Below the pieces are notes generated by a model. That model made no database searches. It worked only from the letters and a program-made list of their open reading frames with translations, and had not been told where the DNA came from. A stretch of DNA of 64,000 nucleotides from the NCBI GenBank assembly GCA_039811645.1, contig JBDHZB010000006.1, positions 1,293 through 65,292 on the forward strand, given 5' to 3'. This document shows positions 19,051-28,981 of this stretch, piece by piece. Made by a program: the position numbers and the translations under genes. Every line of letters starts with the position of its first letter. Position 1 is the stretch's first letter. This DNA is from Bacteroidia bacterium (GTDB lineage Bacteria > Bacteroidota > Bacteroidia > B-17B0 > Aurantibacillaceae).

Positions 19051-19902
19051 TTATTCTACCACAATAACAAGATATTTTGAAGCTCCCCAAAAATCATCAG
19101 CATTTAAGATATCTATTTTTTCCACCTTCTTTTTATCTCCAACAATTTTATATGAATTAGATGGATGCGTGGTTAATATCTTTGCAGACTTTGCATTAAT
19201 AGGAATAGAAGCTATCTTTGTAATATCTACTTTTGTAAAATAATCTTTATTAAAATCATCTTTTAGTTTTGTTGATTTACCCATACCAATAAAGCCACCT
19301 TCTTTTGTAATAACACCTTTTTCTTTTAATTCTTTTGCAGTACCAATAGCATAGTAAGCCGTAAATAATTTATCGGTTTTTACTTGATTTTCCTGTTCTA
19401 GTTCCTGATAATTAGTTTGTATATTAGAAAGTTCTATATTTAAGGATTCTACTTTATCTTTCAGTCCTTCTATTTCTTTATCTTTTTCATCTATCATGGC
19501 TTGTAAGTTAGCCACCATCTTCTCTAAACTTTCTATTTTAATATTGGCATTTTTCAATTTTTTACTCAATGCATTAACCTTCATTTTATTTTTCGCTATT
19601 AAATCATAAATTGATTGAATATCTTCCTTAATAACATCTGCTTTATTTTTCACATCTCCGCCCTGCGTATTACCGGTAACAATCTTTTCCTTTTCTTTAA
19701 TTTGATTTAAATTATCTTGAATTTCATTAAACGAATTAATAAACTCTTGTAATGCGGCTTCTTTCTCACTTAATTTAGAGTTTAGTGTTGAATTAACCCC
19801 CGATAAGCTGTCGGCTAACGGATTTTTTTCCTTTTCTTCTTTATTAGAATTACATGATGCGAACGCAATTGCGATGCCAAGGACAATGATGATTTTTTTC
19901 AT
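19051..19902 (-). CDS. Coiled-coil lipoprotein, function unknown
   Basis: Lipobox AFASC. Has a long heptad-like E/K/L-rich region and a conserved-looking C-terminal globular domain (LFTAYYAIGTAKELKEKGVI..). Confidence 0.7.
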   Translation of the reverse strand: MKKIIIVLGIAIAFASCNSNKEEKEKNPLADSLSGVNSTLNSKLSEKEAALQEFINSFNEIQDNLNQIKEKEKIVTGNTQGGDVKNKADVIKEDIQSIYDLIAKNKMKVNALSKKLKNANIKIESLEKMVANLQAMIDEKDKEIEGLKDKVESLNIELSNIQTNYQELEQENQVKTDKLFTAYYAIGTAKELKEKGVITKEGGFIGMGKSTKLKDDFNKDYFTKVDITKIASIPINAKSAKILTTHPSNSYKIVGDKKKVEKIDILNADDFWGASKYLVIVVE

Positions 19903-19917
19903 AATTTATTATTTGAT

Positions 19918-21189
19918 TTATGGAATTAGAATATTGTCTATATAAACATTAGAGTCGTAAGTGCCTTTTAAACCATAATGTTTGAAGGCAATTCTGAATG
20001 TACCTGTATAGGAAGGAGGTAAAATCGATGTAAGATTAACAGTGCCTGCCGTTTGTAATCCCGTTGTATTGCCTGCCGGAATAGTAAAGCCCGGAATGGT
20101 TGTCCATGTAGCAGTAGCCGGCGACCCACTTGTATAATTAGTTGATATCATTACCGATAATAAATTAGGATGTCCGGTTTTATAATATTTTATCCCTAAA
20201 TTAAATGAAAGATTTTGTGTTGCCCCTGTTGCTTGAAGTAATGGGGAGATTAACCATAAGGTATCTGCCGTGCCTGCGGTTGCTCCAAATAAAGTTGCTC
20301 TTGCTGTGGTATTGCCTGTATAAGCACTATTGTCTGCTGTCCAGTAGGTGGTAGTGTTATTACTGTTTGTATTTACCCAACCAATTAAATTAATATTAGC
20401 GCTTGGCGTTGCCGTGCTAAAGGCTTCATTTAATGTAGATGATGGTGTTGCGCCGCAATTAGCTCCTGCCATTTGCACCTCGTTGTAATTACGAATATAT
20501 ATTTGGTATGTGCCACTATATTTTCCAACAATAGCAATTATAGACCCATTGCCGGATGGTGTTTTTTGACTGGCAAAATTAGCATACCCACTGGTTCTTA
20601 CTAATATCTGATTGTTGCTGCAATCTCTTATTGTCCAATTAGAAGAATTTTGATTGACATAATCGGCAAAGTATTGATTTCTGTTAGCCGGCAAAAATTC
20701 TACATTATTAAATTTAATAAGCTGTCCTAAATAATTATCGTTTATTTGAGATATATTTAATGTGATTGGTTGTGGGTTTAATCCTGATTTTTGTTTTACA
20801 ACCATTTTGTTAACATCAATAGAGTCTAATTGCAATACTCCTTGGTATTGCATTAATGTAGAGCCATTTAAATTAATACGTAAAGAATCTCCGACATATA
20901 AGCCTCCAGACGCCATTAGTTTAAGATGGATGGCTCCTGTGGCATCACGCACATAACTTTCTTTATAAAAATTACCGGAGGTTTCATCTGCAATAACAGT
21001 ACAATATAAATTAACATCGGTTGTAAAAGTAATATTGGTGCCGGTGTACATGGTTTTTAATTGTGCAACCGTTATCTGATTGGTATTTGGTATATCATGA
21101 TAAGGCGGAGCATCATATTTTTTCTTACACGCAAATATTACTATTAACAACAAAAAACTTATAGTTAAACCTACAAATACTTTCTTCAT
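19918..21189 (-). CDS. Surface lipoprotein: DUF5689-like N-terminal domain plus choice-of-anchor-J-like C-terminal domain (tentative)
   Basis: Lipoprotein signal MKKVFVGLTISFLLLIVIFAC. T/S/N/G-rich beta-rich sequence. The start is set at the ATG at 21189 because a -7 box sits between it and the upstream ATG at 21237. Confidence 0.65.
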   Translation of the reverse strand: MKKVFVGLTISFLLLIVIFACKKKYDAPPYHDIPNTNQITVAQLKTMYTGTNITFTTDVNLYCTVIADETSGNFYKESYVRDATGAIHLKLMASGGLYVGDSLRINLNGSTLMQYQGVLQLDSIDVNKMVVKQKSGLNPQPITLNISQINDNYLGQLIKFNNVEFLPANRNQYFADYVNQNSSNWTIRDCSNNQILVRTSGYANFASQKTPSGNGSIIAIVGKYSGTYQIYIRNYNEVQMAGANCGATPSSTLNEAFSTATPSANINLIGWVNTNSNNTTTYWTADNSAYTGNTTARATLFGATAGTADTLWLISPLLQATGATQNLSFNLGIKYYKTGHPNLLSVMISTNYTSGSPATATWTTIPGFTIPAGNTTGLQTAGTVNLTSILPPSYTGTFRIAFKHYGLKGTYDSNVYIDNILIP

Positions 21190-21203
21190 AAAGAATTTTT
21201 CTG

Positions 21204-21211
21204 CAAATATA
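21204..21211 (-). promoter_or_regulatory. -7 promoter box TATATTTG
   Basis: Exact TAnnTTTG match on the minus strand, 14 nt upstream of the ATG at 21189. Confidence 0.45.
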
Positions 21212-21298
21212 GGAGAAAAAATAAAGTTTCGTGCCATTTTATTACAAAATTTAATAATAAGATAATTTCGTTTATTTGCACCATTAAAATATAGTAAA

Positions 21299-22027
21299 AT
21301 GGGAGAAAAAAATGTTGCTGATTATTATGATTCATTTACTGATTATCAACTAAAGAAGAAGATAACTATACGGCACAGAACTATTTTTAACAATTTAATT
21401 AATATTGGATTAAAAAGAAATTCTCAAGTACTGGAAATTGGTTGTGGCATTGGTACATTTACAAGTCTTATGGCTCGATATATTAAAAAAGGTCATATCA
21501 CAGCAGTAGATATTAGTCCGAAAAGTATAGAAATTGCAAAAAAGGATTTATGTAAAAGTTATCCAAACATTTATTTTATTGTTTCTGATATGAGTGATTT
21601 TTCTTCCGAAAAAAAATTTGACTTTATTGTACTGCCTGATGTATTGGAACATATTCCGATAGAACAACATTTTAATATTTTTAAAATATTACGAGCACAT
21701 TCACATAATAGTACTAAAATTCTTATTAATATCCCCTCTCCTTTTTACTTAAGATGGGTGCATAAACACAAACCGGAACTTCTTCAAATTATTGACCAAC
21801 CAATAGATTCAGATATACTATTCAAAAATATTTATGACAACGACTTTCATATAAAATCATTAAATACATATAGCCTACATGTACAAGAAGGAGATTACCA
21901 ATGCATTATAGCACAAGCACAAAAAGGAAAAGCATTTGAAAATATTACATACAACTCGTTTATTACAAATGTTATTAAAGGAATTTTATGTAAGATTAAA
22001 ACTTATTTCATTTTATTAACACGATGA
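21299..22027 (+). CDS. Class I SAM-dependent methyltransferase
   Basis: Motif I VLEIGCGIGTFT and motif post-I/II (DFIVLPDVLEHI). Confidence 0.85.
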   Translation: MGEKNVADYYDSFTDYQLKKKITIRHRTIFNNLINIGLKRNSQVLEIGCGIGTFTSLMARYIKKGHITAVDISPKSIEIAKKDLCKSYPNIYFIVSDMSDFSSEKKFDFIVLPDVLEHIPIEQHFNIFKILRAHSHNSTKILINIPSPFYLRWVHKHKPELLQIIDQPIDSDILFKNIYDNDFHIKSLNTYSLHVQEGDYQCIIAQAQKGKAFENITYNSFITNVIKGILCKIKTYFILLTR

Positions 22028-23079
22028 AAAATAAAATACTTTGGATATATACTAAAAAATCTTCTTTTGTAGAAAAAGACATACAATTACTTTCAGATGT
22101 TTATGACGTAGATGAATTTTCTTTTAACAATACAACGGGTATAAAATTACTACTGTCTGCTGTTAAGCAATTTTTATACTTACTAATAAAAAATAAAAAA
22201 TATAAATCTTACGTATGCCAATTTGGAGGGTATCAGTCTATTTTACCTGCTATTTTTGGTAAAGTATTTCGTATTCCCTTTTTAATTATTACAGGAGGAA
22301 CCGATTGTGTTTCATTTCCGGCACTTAATTATGGTAATTTTCGTAAACAACCCCTCAAGTCCATTACATCACTATCATATCAATTGTGTTCACATATTTC
22401 TCCCGTTGACGAATCTCTAATATTTCAAAATTACACTTATGACACACAATTTACCAATCAAGGCATAAAATATTTTCTCCCTAATTTAAAAACACCATTA
22501 ACAGTTATTTATAACGGCTATAGTAAAGAAAAATGGCATGCTATATCTGAAAAAAAAATATATTCCTTTATCACTGTTTCAGCCGGCTACAATCAAATAA
22601 ATATTTATCGTAAAGGCATTGATTTAATTTATGAGGTCGCGGAATATTTTCCGGAGTGTACCTTCACTATCATTGGTATCCCTAATGATTTTAATTTATT
22701 TCCTAAAAAGGATAATATTATAACTATTCCTTTTACAGCCAATAACGAACTTATAACATACTATAGCAAATCTGAATTTTACTTGCAATTATCTATTATT
22801 GAAGGGTTTCCAAATGCCTTGTGTGAAGCCATGCTGTGTGAATGTATTCCTATTGTTTCCAATGTTGCAGCAATGCCAAAAATTATTACAAACTCGGGGT
22901 TTATCCTTGCAAAAAGAGATGTTACTCTATTAAAAAATACTATTCAACAAGCCATACAATGTGATAAGTCGGTATTGTCAAAATTAGCCCGTAAAAGAAT
23001 TGCAGATAATTATACCGAAGAAATCAGAAAAAACAAACTAACCGAACTTATTAATACTATGATTCAAGAAAAGAATTAA
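22024..23079 (+). CDS. Glycosyltransferase, GT4/GT-B fold
   Basis: C-terminal EGFPNALCEAMLCECIPIVSNV, an E-x7-E type motif. ATGA overlap with the methyltransferase. Confidence 0.8.
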   Translation: MKNKILWIYTKKSSFVEKDIQLLSDVYDVDEFSFNNTTGIKLLLSAVKQFLYLLIKNKKYKSYVCQFGGYQSILPAIFGKVFRIPFLIITGGTDCVSFPALNYGNFRKQPLKSITSLSYQLCSHISPVDESLIFQNYTYDTQFTNQGIKYFLPNLKTPLTVIYNGYSKEKWHAISEKKIYSFITVSAGYNQINIYRKGIDLIYEVAEYFPECTFTIIGIPNDFNLFPKKDNIITIPFTANNELITYYSKSEFYLQLSIIEGFPNALCEAMLCECIPIVSNVAAMPKIITNSGFILAKRDVTLLKNTIQQAIQCDKSVLSKLARKRIADNYTEEIRKNKLTELINTMIQEKN

Positions 23080-23147
23080 TGATTACACAATATTTTCACA
23101 TTTCACACGTTATTATTTTAAAATAATTTCTCACTTTTGCACCATTA

Positions 23148-24056
23148 ATGAAAATACTAAAAGTTATAATACTATCTTTATTAATAGTTTTTGCTAATAA
23201 TATTTTTGCGCAAGAATTTAGTTGCCAAGTAAGCGTTAATACACAACAAGTACAAGGAACGCAAGAAAAACAAATATTTGATCAAATGCAAAAAGCATTA
23301 ACTGAATTCATTAATAATAACAAATGGACAAAAGACAACTTCCAACCTATTGAAAAAATAGAATGTTCTATCTTTATTAATATTACTCAAAAAAATGATA
23401 TTGGTGATTATAACGCTACTGTTCAGGTACAAAGCCGCAGACCTATTTACAAAAGCTCCTATTTTTCCCCTACCCTAAATATTATGGATGAAAACTTCCA
23501 TATTTTGTATCAACAATTTACACAATTACAATTTAATCTAAATAACTTTGAAACCAACCTGACGTCCGTTATTGCCTTTTATATCAATGTTATTTTGGCG
23601 TTAGATTACGATTCTTTTTCTTTATATGGCGGAACAGATTACTGGCAACGTGCGCAACTTATTGCATCTAACGCACAAAGTTTTGGAGAAAAAGGATGGT
23701 CTCCCAGCGAAGCCGGACAAAAAAACAGATACTGGTATGTAGATAATCAATTACAACCATCATTTCAGGGCATCAGAGAATTTATATATCGTTATCATAG
23801 ACAAGGGTTGGACATGATGTTTGAAAAAGCCGATGAAGGGCGGGCAAATATTCTAAAAGCAATGGATTTACTAATTAAAGTATATCAAGCACGACCGGCT
23901 TCTTTTAATATGGAAGTTTTAATGAATACAAAACGAGATGAGATTATTAACATCTTTATGCAAGGTACACCTGAAGAAAAACAAAAAGTATTGGAAATAA
24001 TGAACACAATAGATCCTGCAAATGCCAGTAAATATCAAAAAATTAATGGTGGATAA
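23148..24056 (+). CDS. DUF4835 family protein (I recall some RefSeq entries labelled T9SS protein PorD; unverified)
   Basis: Signal peptide plus QEFSCQVSVNTQQVQGT..LTEFINNNKWT..VQVQSRRPIY, matching my memory of DUF4835 proteins. From memory only. Confidence 0.7.
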   Translation: MKILKVIILSLLIVFANNIFAQEFSCQVSVNTQQVQGTQEKQIFDQMQKALTEFINNNKWTKDNFQPIEKIECSIFINITQKNDIGDYNATVQVQSRRPIYKSSYFSPTLNIMDENFHILYQQFTQLQFNLNNFETNLTSVIAFYINVILALDYDSFSLYGGTDYWQRAQLIASNAQSFGEKGWSPSEAGQKNRYWYVDNQLQPSFQGIREFIYRYHRQGLDMMFEKADEGRANILKAMDLLIKVYQARPASFNMEVLMNTKRDEIINIFMQGTPEEKQKVLEIMNTIDPANASKYQKINGG

Positions 24057-24508
24057 TGCCTGTAATACTTAAAACATATTCCCCCGAAACAATTGTGAAA
24101 TTTACCGCCTATGTTTATAATGACACAACGGCATTTAATTGGTTAGTTCTAAATAATTACAAAGAATTACTTGCAGTACTAGATGCTATCAGAGATGATA
24201 AAAATGCTTTTCGGTTTTTAATAACACACAAGCATTATCATTTAGCTGCCTTTGTAAACGCCGTGTGGGAAGACGATAAAGCATTTGAATTTTTATTCAA
24301 AACTAAACAAGCCGACTGGGCTGCATGCGCTAAAATAATAGACGGCGACAACAAAGCCGAAGAAATTTTACTAAAACTTAATAAAAAGCATTTTATAGAC
24401 TTAGCATACGCCATTCAATCCCGCATTCGTGAAGATGGCGATAGATTTGTTTCTCCTGTTTATGCTTTTCGAAATCTATTTAACTTTAAAAAGCACTTAA
24501 AAAGTTAG
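24056..24508 (+). CDS. Hypothetical 150-aa protein built from four 25-residue helical repeats
   Basis: The TAATG overlap with the DUF4835 stop suggests translational coupling. The internal repeat pattern is D-x-x-A-F-x-F/W-L...A-A...A-I/V. No family recognised. Confidence 0.6.
   Translation: MPVILKTYSPETIVKFTAYVYNDTTAFNWLVLNNYKELLAVLDAIRDDKNAFRFLITHKHYHLAAFVNAVWEDDKAFEFLFKTKQADWAACAKIIDGDNKAEEILLKLNKKHFIDLAYAIQSRIREDGDRFVSPVYAFRNLFNFKKHLKS
24119..24418 (+). repeat. 4 x 75-nt diverged tandem coding repeat (25-aa period) inside the 150-aa ORF
   Basis: Residues recur at exactly +25: A26/A51/A76/A101, L30/L55/L80/L105 and I45/V70/I95/I120; F27/F52/F77 recurs in the first three repeats only (E102 in the fourth). 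Confidence 0.6.
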
Positions 24509-24514
24509 TTCATT

Positions 24515-24766
24515 ATGCGCATTATTGATACTATTGCTCATCCTTCTATGTCCATTCAAATTTTTATGTGGAATGATAAATATATTGTCAAGTTTGAAGC
24601 AGGAAGATATATGGAACAAATTTATAAATTCCCTTGCATAGATATTCCTTCTATAGATTACTTAAAGCAAATTATTAATCATAAATTTATCGAAAAAGTA
24701 CAAGATAGGTTTAATGATATGCATCAACAATTAAGAGATATCAATTTTGGAAGAATTGAAGATTAA
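24515..24766 (+). CDS. Hypothetical 83-aa protein
   Basis: Compact ORF whose stop abuts the ATG of the next glycosyltransferase (24767). No recognisable motif. Confidence 0.55.
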   Translation: MRIIDTIAHPSMSIQIFMWNDKYIVKFEAGRYMEQIYKFPCIDIPSIDYLKQIINHKFIEKVQDRFNDMHQQLRDINFGRIED

Positions 24767-26074
24767 ATGAAAAAAGTTTTAATTATTACTTATTATTGGC
24801 CACCATGCGGCGGTTCCGGCGTTCAGAGGTGGTTAAAGTTCACAAAATATCTTGCTAAAAAAAATTATTACTGCATTATATACACACCTTCTAATCCGGA
24901 AAGCCCGGTTATTGATAATTCACTACTAAAAGATATTCCTCAAAATAATTACGAAGTTATAAAAACAGAAATATTTGAACCTTATAAATTATACAGATTT
25001 TTTACTAATAAAAATAAAAGTGAAAAAATCACAACATCTTTCCTTTCTGAAAATAGTGATAATAAAAAATTAAGTTTAAAAGAAAAAATAAGCAGATGGA
25101 TAAGAGGCAATTTTTTTATTCCGGACGCTCGTATGTTCTGGATAAAGCCATCTGTCAAATATTTATCTGATTATCTGAAAAAAAACAAAATAGACATCAT
25201 TATTACAACGGGTCCTCCACACTCTATGCATCTAATAGGACTTGGTATTAAAAAGAAACATCCAAATATCAAGTGGATAGCCGACTTCAGAGACCCTTGG
25301 ACAAATATTGACTTTATTAATGACTTACACCTAACCACATTTGCATTAAAAAAACATGCTCAATTAGAAAAAGAAGTTGTATGTACAGCAGATAAAATTG
25401 TGACCGTTAGCTATACGCTTACAAACGAGCTACAAGCATTGTGTCCACATAACAATAATAATTTTCACACAATTACAAATGGATTTGATAATGATGATTT
25501 TGAGCTCATTGCTCATTCACAAAAAAAACAAACCAATCAATTTATTATTACTTATGCAGGCTTGTTACCGCCCAATAGAAATCCATTCATTTTATGGAAA
25601 GCTTTAGCCGAACTATCTGAAAAAAAATTATTAAACAAAGAAATTAAAATTCAATTAATAGGAAAATCCGATGTTTCTGTTTGGAATACAATCAAAGATA
25701 ACAACATTGCTCATTTAGTTGAAAAAATCGATTATTTACCCCATTCGGAAGTCATTAAAAAGCAAGCAGATGCTGATGCACTTTTACTGCTAATTAACCG
25801 AGCTCCAAATAGTAAAGGCATTTTAACCGGTAAGCTTTTTGAATATCTTGCATCAAACAAGCCAATAATAGCTATTGGTCCAACCGATGGAGATGCAGCT
25901 AAAATAATTAAGGAATCTAATGCCGGATTTATTATAGATTATGATGATATTGAAAGTATGAAGCAAACGCTTCTAACCATCATTAATACACCAACCGTTA
26001 CAAATAATTCTGCTATTCAAAAATTTAGCAGAGAAGCTTTAACAAACGATCTGATAAAGCTAATAGAATCGTAA
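24767..26074 (+). CDS. Glycosyltransferase (GT-B fold, GT4-like)
   Basis: N-terminal ITYYWPPCGGSGVQRW and C-terminal GKLFEYLASNKPIIAIG nucleotide-sugar-binding-like region. Confidence 0.75.
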   Translation: MKKVLIITYYWPPCGGSGVQRWLKFTKYLAKKNYYCIIYTPSNPESPVIDNSLLKDIPQNNYEVIKTEIFEPYKLYRFFTNKNKSEKITTSFLSENSDNKKLSLKEKISRWIRGNFFIPDARMFWIKPSVKYLSDYLKKNKIDIIITTGPPHSMHLIGLGIKKKHPNIKWIADFRDPWTNIDFINDLHLTTFALKKHAQLEKEVVCTADKIVTVSYTLTNELQALCPHNNNNFHTITNGFDNDDFELIAHSQKKQTNQFIITYAGLLPPNRNPFILWKALAELSEKKLLNKEIKIQLIGKSDVSVWNTIKDNNIAHLVEKIDYLPHSEVIKKQADADALLLLINRAPNSKGILTGKLFEYLASNKPIIAIGPTDGDAAKIIKESNAGFIIDYDDIESMKQTLLTIINTPTVTNNSAIQKFSREALTNDLIKLIES

Positions 26075-26078
26075 AGAC

Positions 26079-27215
26079 TTATTTTTTAATTTGATTTGCA
26101 AGTTCTACTACTTTGTGTACAAATATCTCCCAAGAAAACTGTTTTTTAAACTCCTGAATATTTTGCTCAAACACACACAAATCATTCGTTAGTAAAAATT
26201 TCTGAATTGCTTCTGCAATACTTGTAGAATCTGCATTACAGAGCCATCCTGTTTGATTATTCAAAACAATTTCTTTTAACCCTCCAACATTAGTTGAAAT
26301 AATTGGCTTATCATAAAAATAACTCACCATACTAACGCCACTATTTGTTGCACTTCTATAAGGCTGCACCACAACATCACAAGCACTGAAATAGATATTA
26401 ACCTCATCATCAGGAATAAACTTATCTATTAAAACTACTTTATCGTTTAAGTGATGCGTATTGATAAATTCAAGATATTTTTCTTTATCTTCATAAAATT
26501 CACCGGCAATAAGAAGTTTAAGATTTTTGTTTTTTATTAAAGGATTATTTAAGGCTTCTAACAACAAATCTAAGCCCTTGTAAGGTCTGATTAATCCAAA
26601 GAACAGAAGAATATTTTCATTGGGTAATAAGTTTAAATACTGTCTTGCTTGCTGCTTGTCAATCTTATCAGGATAGTTTTCATACAACGGATGATAGGTA
26701 AGTAATTTACTTTGATGTGAAGAAAATTTATTCAAATCATCTAAGACTTTTTGAGACATGGTAATAAAGCCGTTACATGCATTAATAAAGTATTTTGTGA
26801 GTATAGTATCTCCTATTCTTTTTTCATGAGGCAAAATATTATCAGTTAGTGCCAAAACTTTAATTGACTTCTTTAATAATCTTGCAATACTCCCAAATGC
26901 AGGCGCAAAAAATGGCAACCAATATCGAAAAATAATAATATCAGGGTTCTGCTTATTAATATATTGTGCTGTTTTAATCCAACTAAACGGATTGATTGTA
27001 TTAATTAAATTAACAATATTTGCATTGGGCTTACTTAAATTTTCTTCATATTGAGAAGTCCCGGGAAACAATACCGATGGGTATTGTAAAGTAAAAGAAA
27101 CAATCTCTGCATCATAACCTGCATTAGCAAATGCTCTGCATAAATTTTCATTAAATCTTGCAGGACCTCCTCTAAACGGATAAGCCGGACCAACAATAAT
27201 TATCTTCTTAGACAT
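26079..27215 (-). CDS. Glycosyltransferase family 4
   Basis: KIIIVGPAYPFRGG N-terminus and C-terminal SATNSGVSMVSYFYDKPIISTNVGGLKE. The ATG at 27215 is preferred over the track's GTG at 27227. Confidence 0.8.
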   Translation of the reverse strand: MSKKIIIVGPAYPFRGGPARFNENLCRAFANAGYDAEIVSFTLQYPSVLFPGTSQYEENLSKPNANIVNLINTINPFSWIKTAQYINKQNPDIIIFRYWLPFFAPAFGSIARLLKKSIKVLALTDNILPHEKRIGDTILTKYFINACNGFITMSQKVLDDLNKFSSHQSKLLTYHPLYENYPDKIDKQQARQYLNLLPNENILLFFGLIRPYKGLDLLLEALNNPLIKNKNLKLLIAGEFYEDKEKYLEFINTHHLNDKVVLIDKFIPDDEVNIYFSACDVVVQPYRSATNSGVSMVSYFYDKPIISTNVGGLKEIVLNNQTGWLCNADSTSIAEAIQKFLLTNDLCVFEQNIQEFKKQFSWEIFVHKVVELANQIKK

Positions 27216-27327
27216 AGGTGTTGGCACAAATAAAACAATAATAAATCAATTTATTTTATCATTATAGTACTTTCAAACTTAAATGAATTTTTGCACTTTT
27301 GGGCAATGAATATTAAAGTTTACTTAT

Positions 27328-28977
27328 ATGGCAGACACTAAAACTAAAGAAAGCATTGAATTTAACCGCAATATAGATGTTATGCGATTAGCAGTATCTA
27401 ATCTTAATCAAATACTTGGTAAAATATATTTGGGAGGCGGAAAAGATAAAATTACCAAACAACACGACCAAGGTAAAATGACTGCGCGTGAACGTATAGA
27501 TTATCTACTTGACAAAGATATGCCTCGCTTTGAAATAGGTGCATTGGCAGGATTTGAAATGTTTAAAGAACATGGAGGATGCCCGGCAGGTGGCGTGGTT
27601 TCTGTAATTGGATATGTAAATGGCAAGCAATGCCTTGTTGTTGCCAATGATGCTACCGTAAAAGCCGGCGCATGGTTCCCTATTACCGGCAAAAAAAACC
27701 TTCGTAATCAGGAAATTTCCATGGAAAATAAATTACCAATTATTTACTTGGTAGATAGTGCGGGCGTTTATTTACCCATGCAAGATGAAATATTTCCTGA
27801 CAAAGAACACTTTGGAAGAATTTTTAGAAACAATGCCGTAATGAGTAGTATGGGCATTCCACAAATCGCAGCCATTATGGGCAGTTGTGTTGCCGGCGGA
27901 GCGTACCTGCCAATAATGAGTGATGAAGCAATGATTGTTGATAAAACAGGAACCATATTTTTAGCAGGATCTTATTTAGTAAAAGCTGCTGTTGGAGAGG
28001 ATATTGATAATGAAACACTTGGCGGAGCCACTACACATTGCGAAGTATCCGGTGTTACCGACTATAAATGCCAAAATGATAAAGATTGCTTAGATAGAAT
28101 AAAAAAGATTATGAGCAAACTTGGTGATTTTCCAAAAGCAGGATTCAACCGTATTGCACCGGCTCTTCCCAAAAAAGATATTAATGAAATTAATGGTATT
28201 ATTCCGGATAGCAGAGATAAGCAATATGATATGTGCGAAATTATTGAGAGGCTGGTTGATAACAGCGAACATGAGGAGTATAAAGCATTATACGGCAAAT
28301 CAATTATTTGTACTTACGCCCGCATTGATGGATGGGCGGTTGGAATTGTTGCCAACCAAAGAAAAGTAGTAAAAAATAAAAAAGGAGAAATGCAATTTGG
28401 AGGCGTTATTTATAGTGATAGTGCTGACAAGGCAGCTCATTTTATTATGAACTGCAATCAAAAAAGAATTCCTCTTGTTTTTTTACAAGATGTTACCGGA
28501 TTTATGGTTGGTTCTCGTAGTGAACACGGCGGTATTATTAAAGATGGTGCAAAAATGGTAAATGCACAAAGCAATTCCATTGTTCCAAAATTTACAGTTA
28601 TTATTGGAAATAGTTTTGGTGCAGGGAACTATGCCATGTGCGGAAAAGCTTACGATCCACGCTTGATTGTTGCTTGGCCATCTGCACAACTTGCCGTAAT
28701 GGGAGGAGCACAAGCCGCAAAAACATTACTGCAAATTGAAACCTCTACCCTCAAAGCAAAAGGAGAACCTATTACGCCTGAAAAAGAAAAAGAATTATTC
28801 GATAAAATAAAGTCAAGATACGACCATCAAATGTCGCCTTATTATGCAGCAGCAAGACTATGGGTAGATGCCATTATTGACCCGATTGAAACAAGAAAAG
28901 TAATAAGTATGGGCATAGAAATGGCTAACCACGCACCTATCGAAAAAAAATTTAATGTAGGAGTTATCAGAACTTGA
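27328..28977 (+). CDS. Acyl-CoA carboxylase carboxyltransferase (beta) subunit, MccB/PccB-like
   Basis: Two carboxyltransferase half-domains (VVANDATVKAGAW, GSCVAGGAYLP, AWPSAQLAVMG); 549 aa. Confidence 0.88.
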   Translation: MADTKTKESIEFNRNIDVMRLAVSNLNQILGKIYLGGGKDKITKQHDQGKMTARERIDYLLDKDMPRFEIGALAGFEMFKEHGGCPAGGVVSVIGYVNGKQCLVVANDATVKAGAWFPITGKKNLRNQEISMENKLPIIYLVDSAGVYLPMQDEIFPDKEHFGRIFRNNAVMSSMGIPQIAAIMGSCVAGGAYLPIMSDEAMIVDKTGTIFLAGSYLVKAAVGEDIDNETLGGATTHCEVSGVTDYKCQNDKDCLDRIKKIMSKLGDFPKAGFNRIAPALPKKDINEINGIIPDSRDKQYDMCEIIERLVDNSEHEEYKALYGKSIICTYARIDGWAVGIVANQRKVVKNKKGEMQFGGVIYSDSADKAAHFIMNCNQKRIPLVFLQDVTGFMVGSRSEHGGIIKDGAKMVNAQSNSIVPKFTVIIGNSFGAGNYAMCGKAYDPRLIVAWPSAQLAVMGGAQAAKTLLQIETSTLKAKGEPITPEKEKELFDKIKSRYDHQMSPYYAAARLWVDAIIDPIETRKVISMGIEMANHAPIEKKFNVGVIRT

Positions 28978-28981
28978 TTTC

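Noticed and set aside
27501-28713. Six short ORFs (five minus-strand, one plus-strand) inside the acyl-CoA carboxylase beta gene
   Set aside because: They are antisense or out of frame relative to a strongly conserved CDS and have no independent signals.
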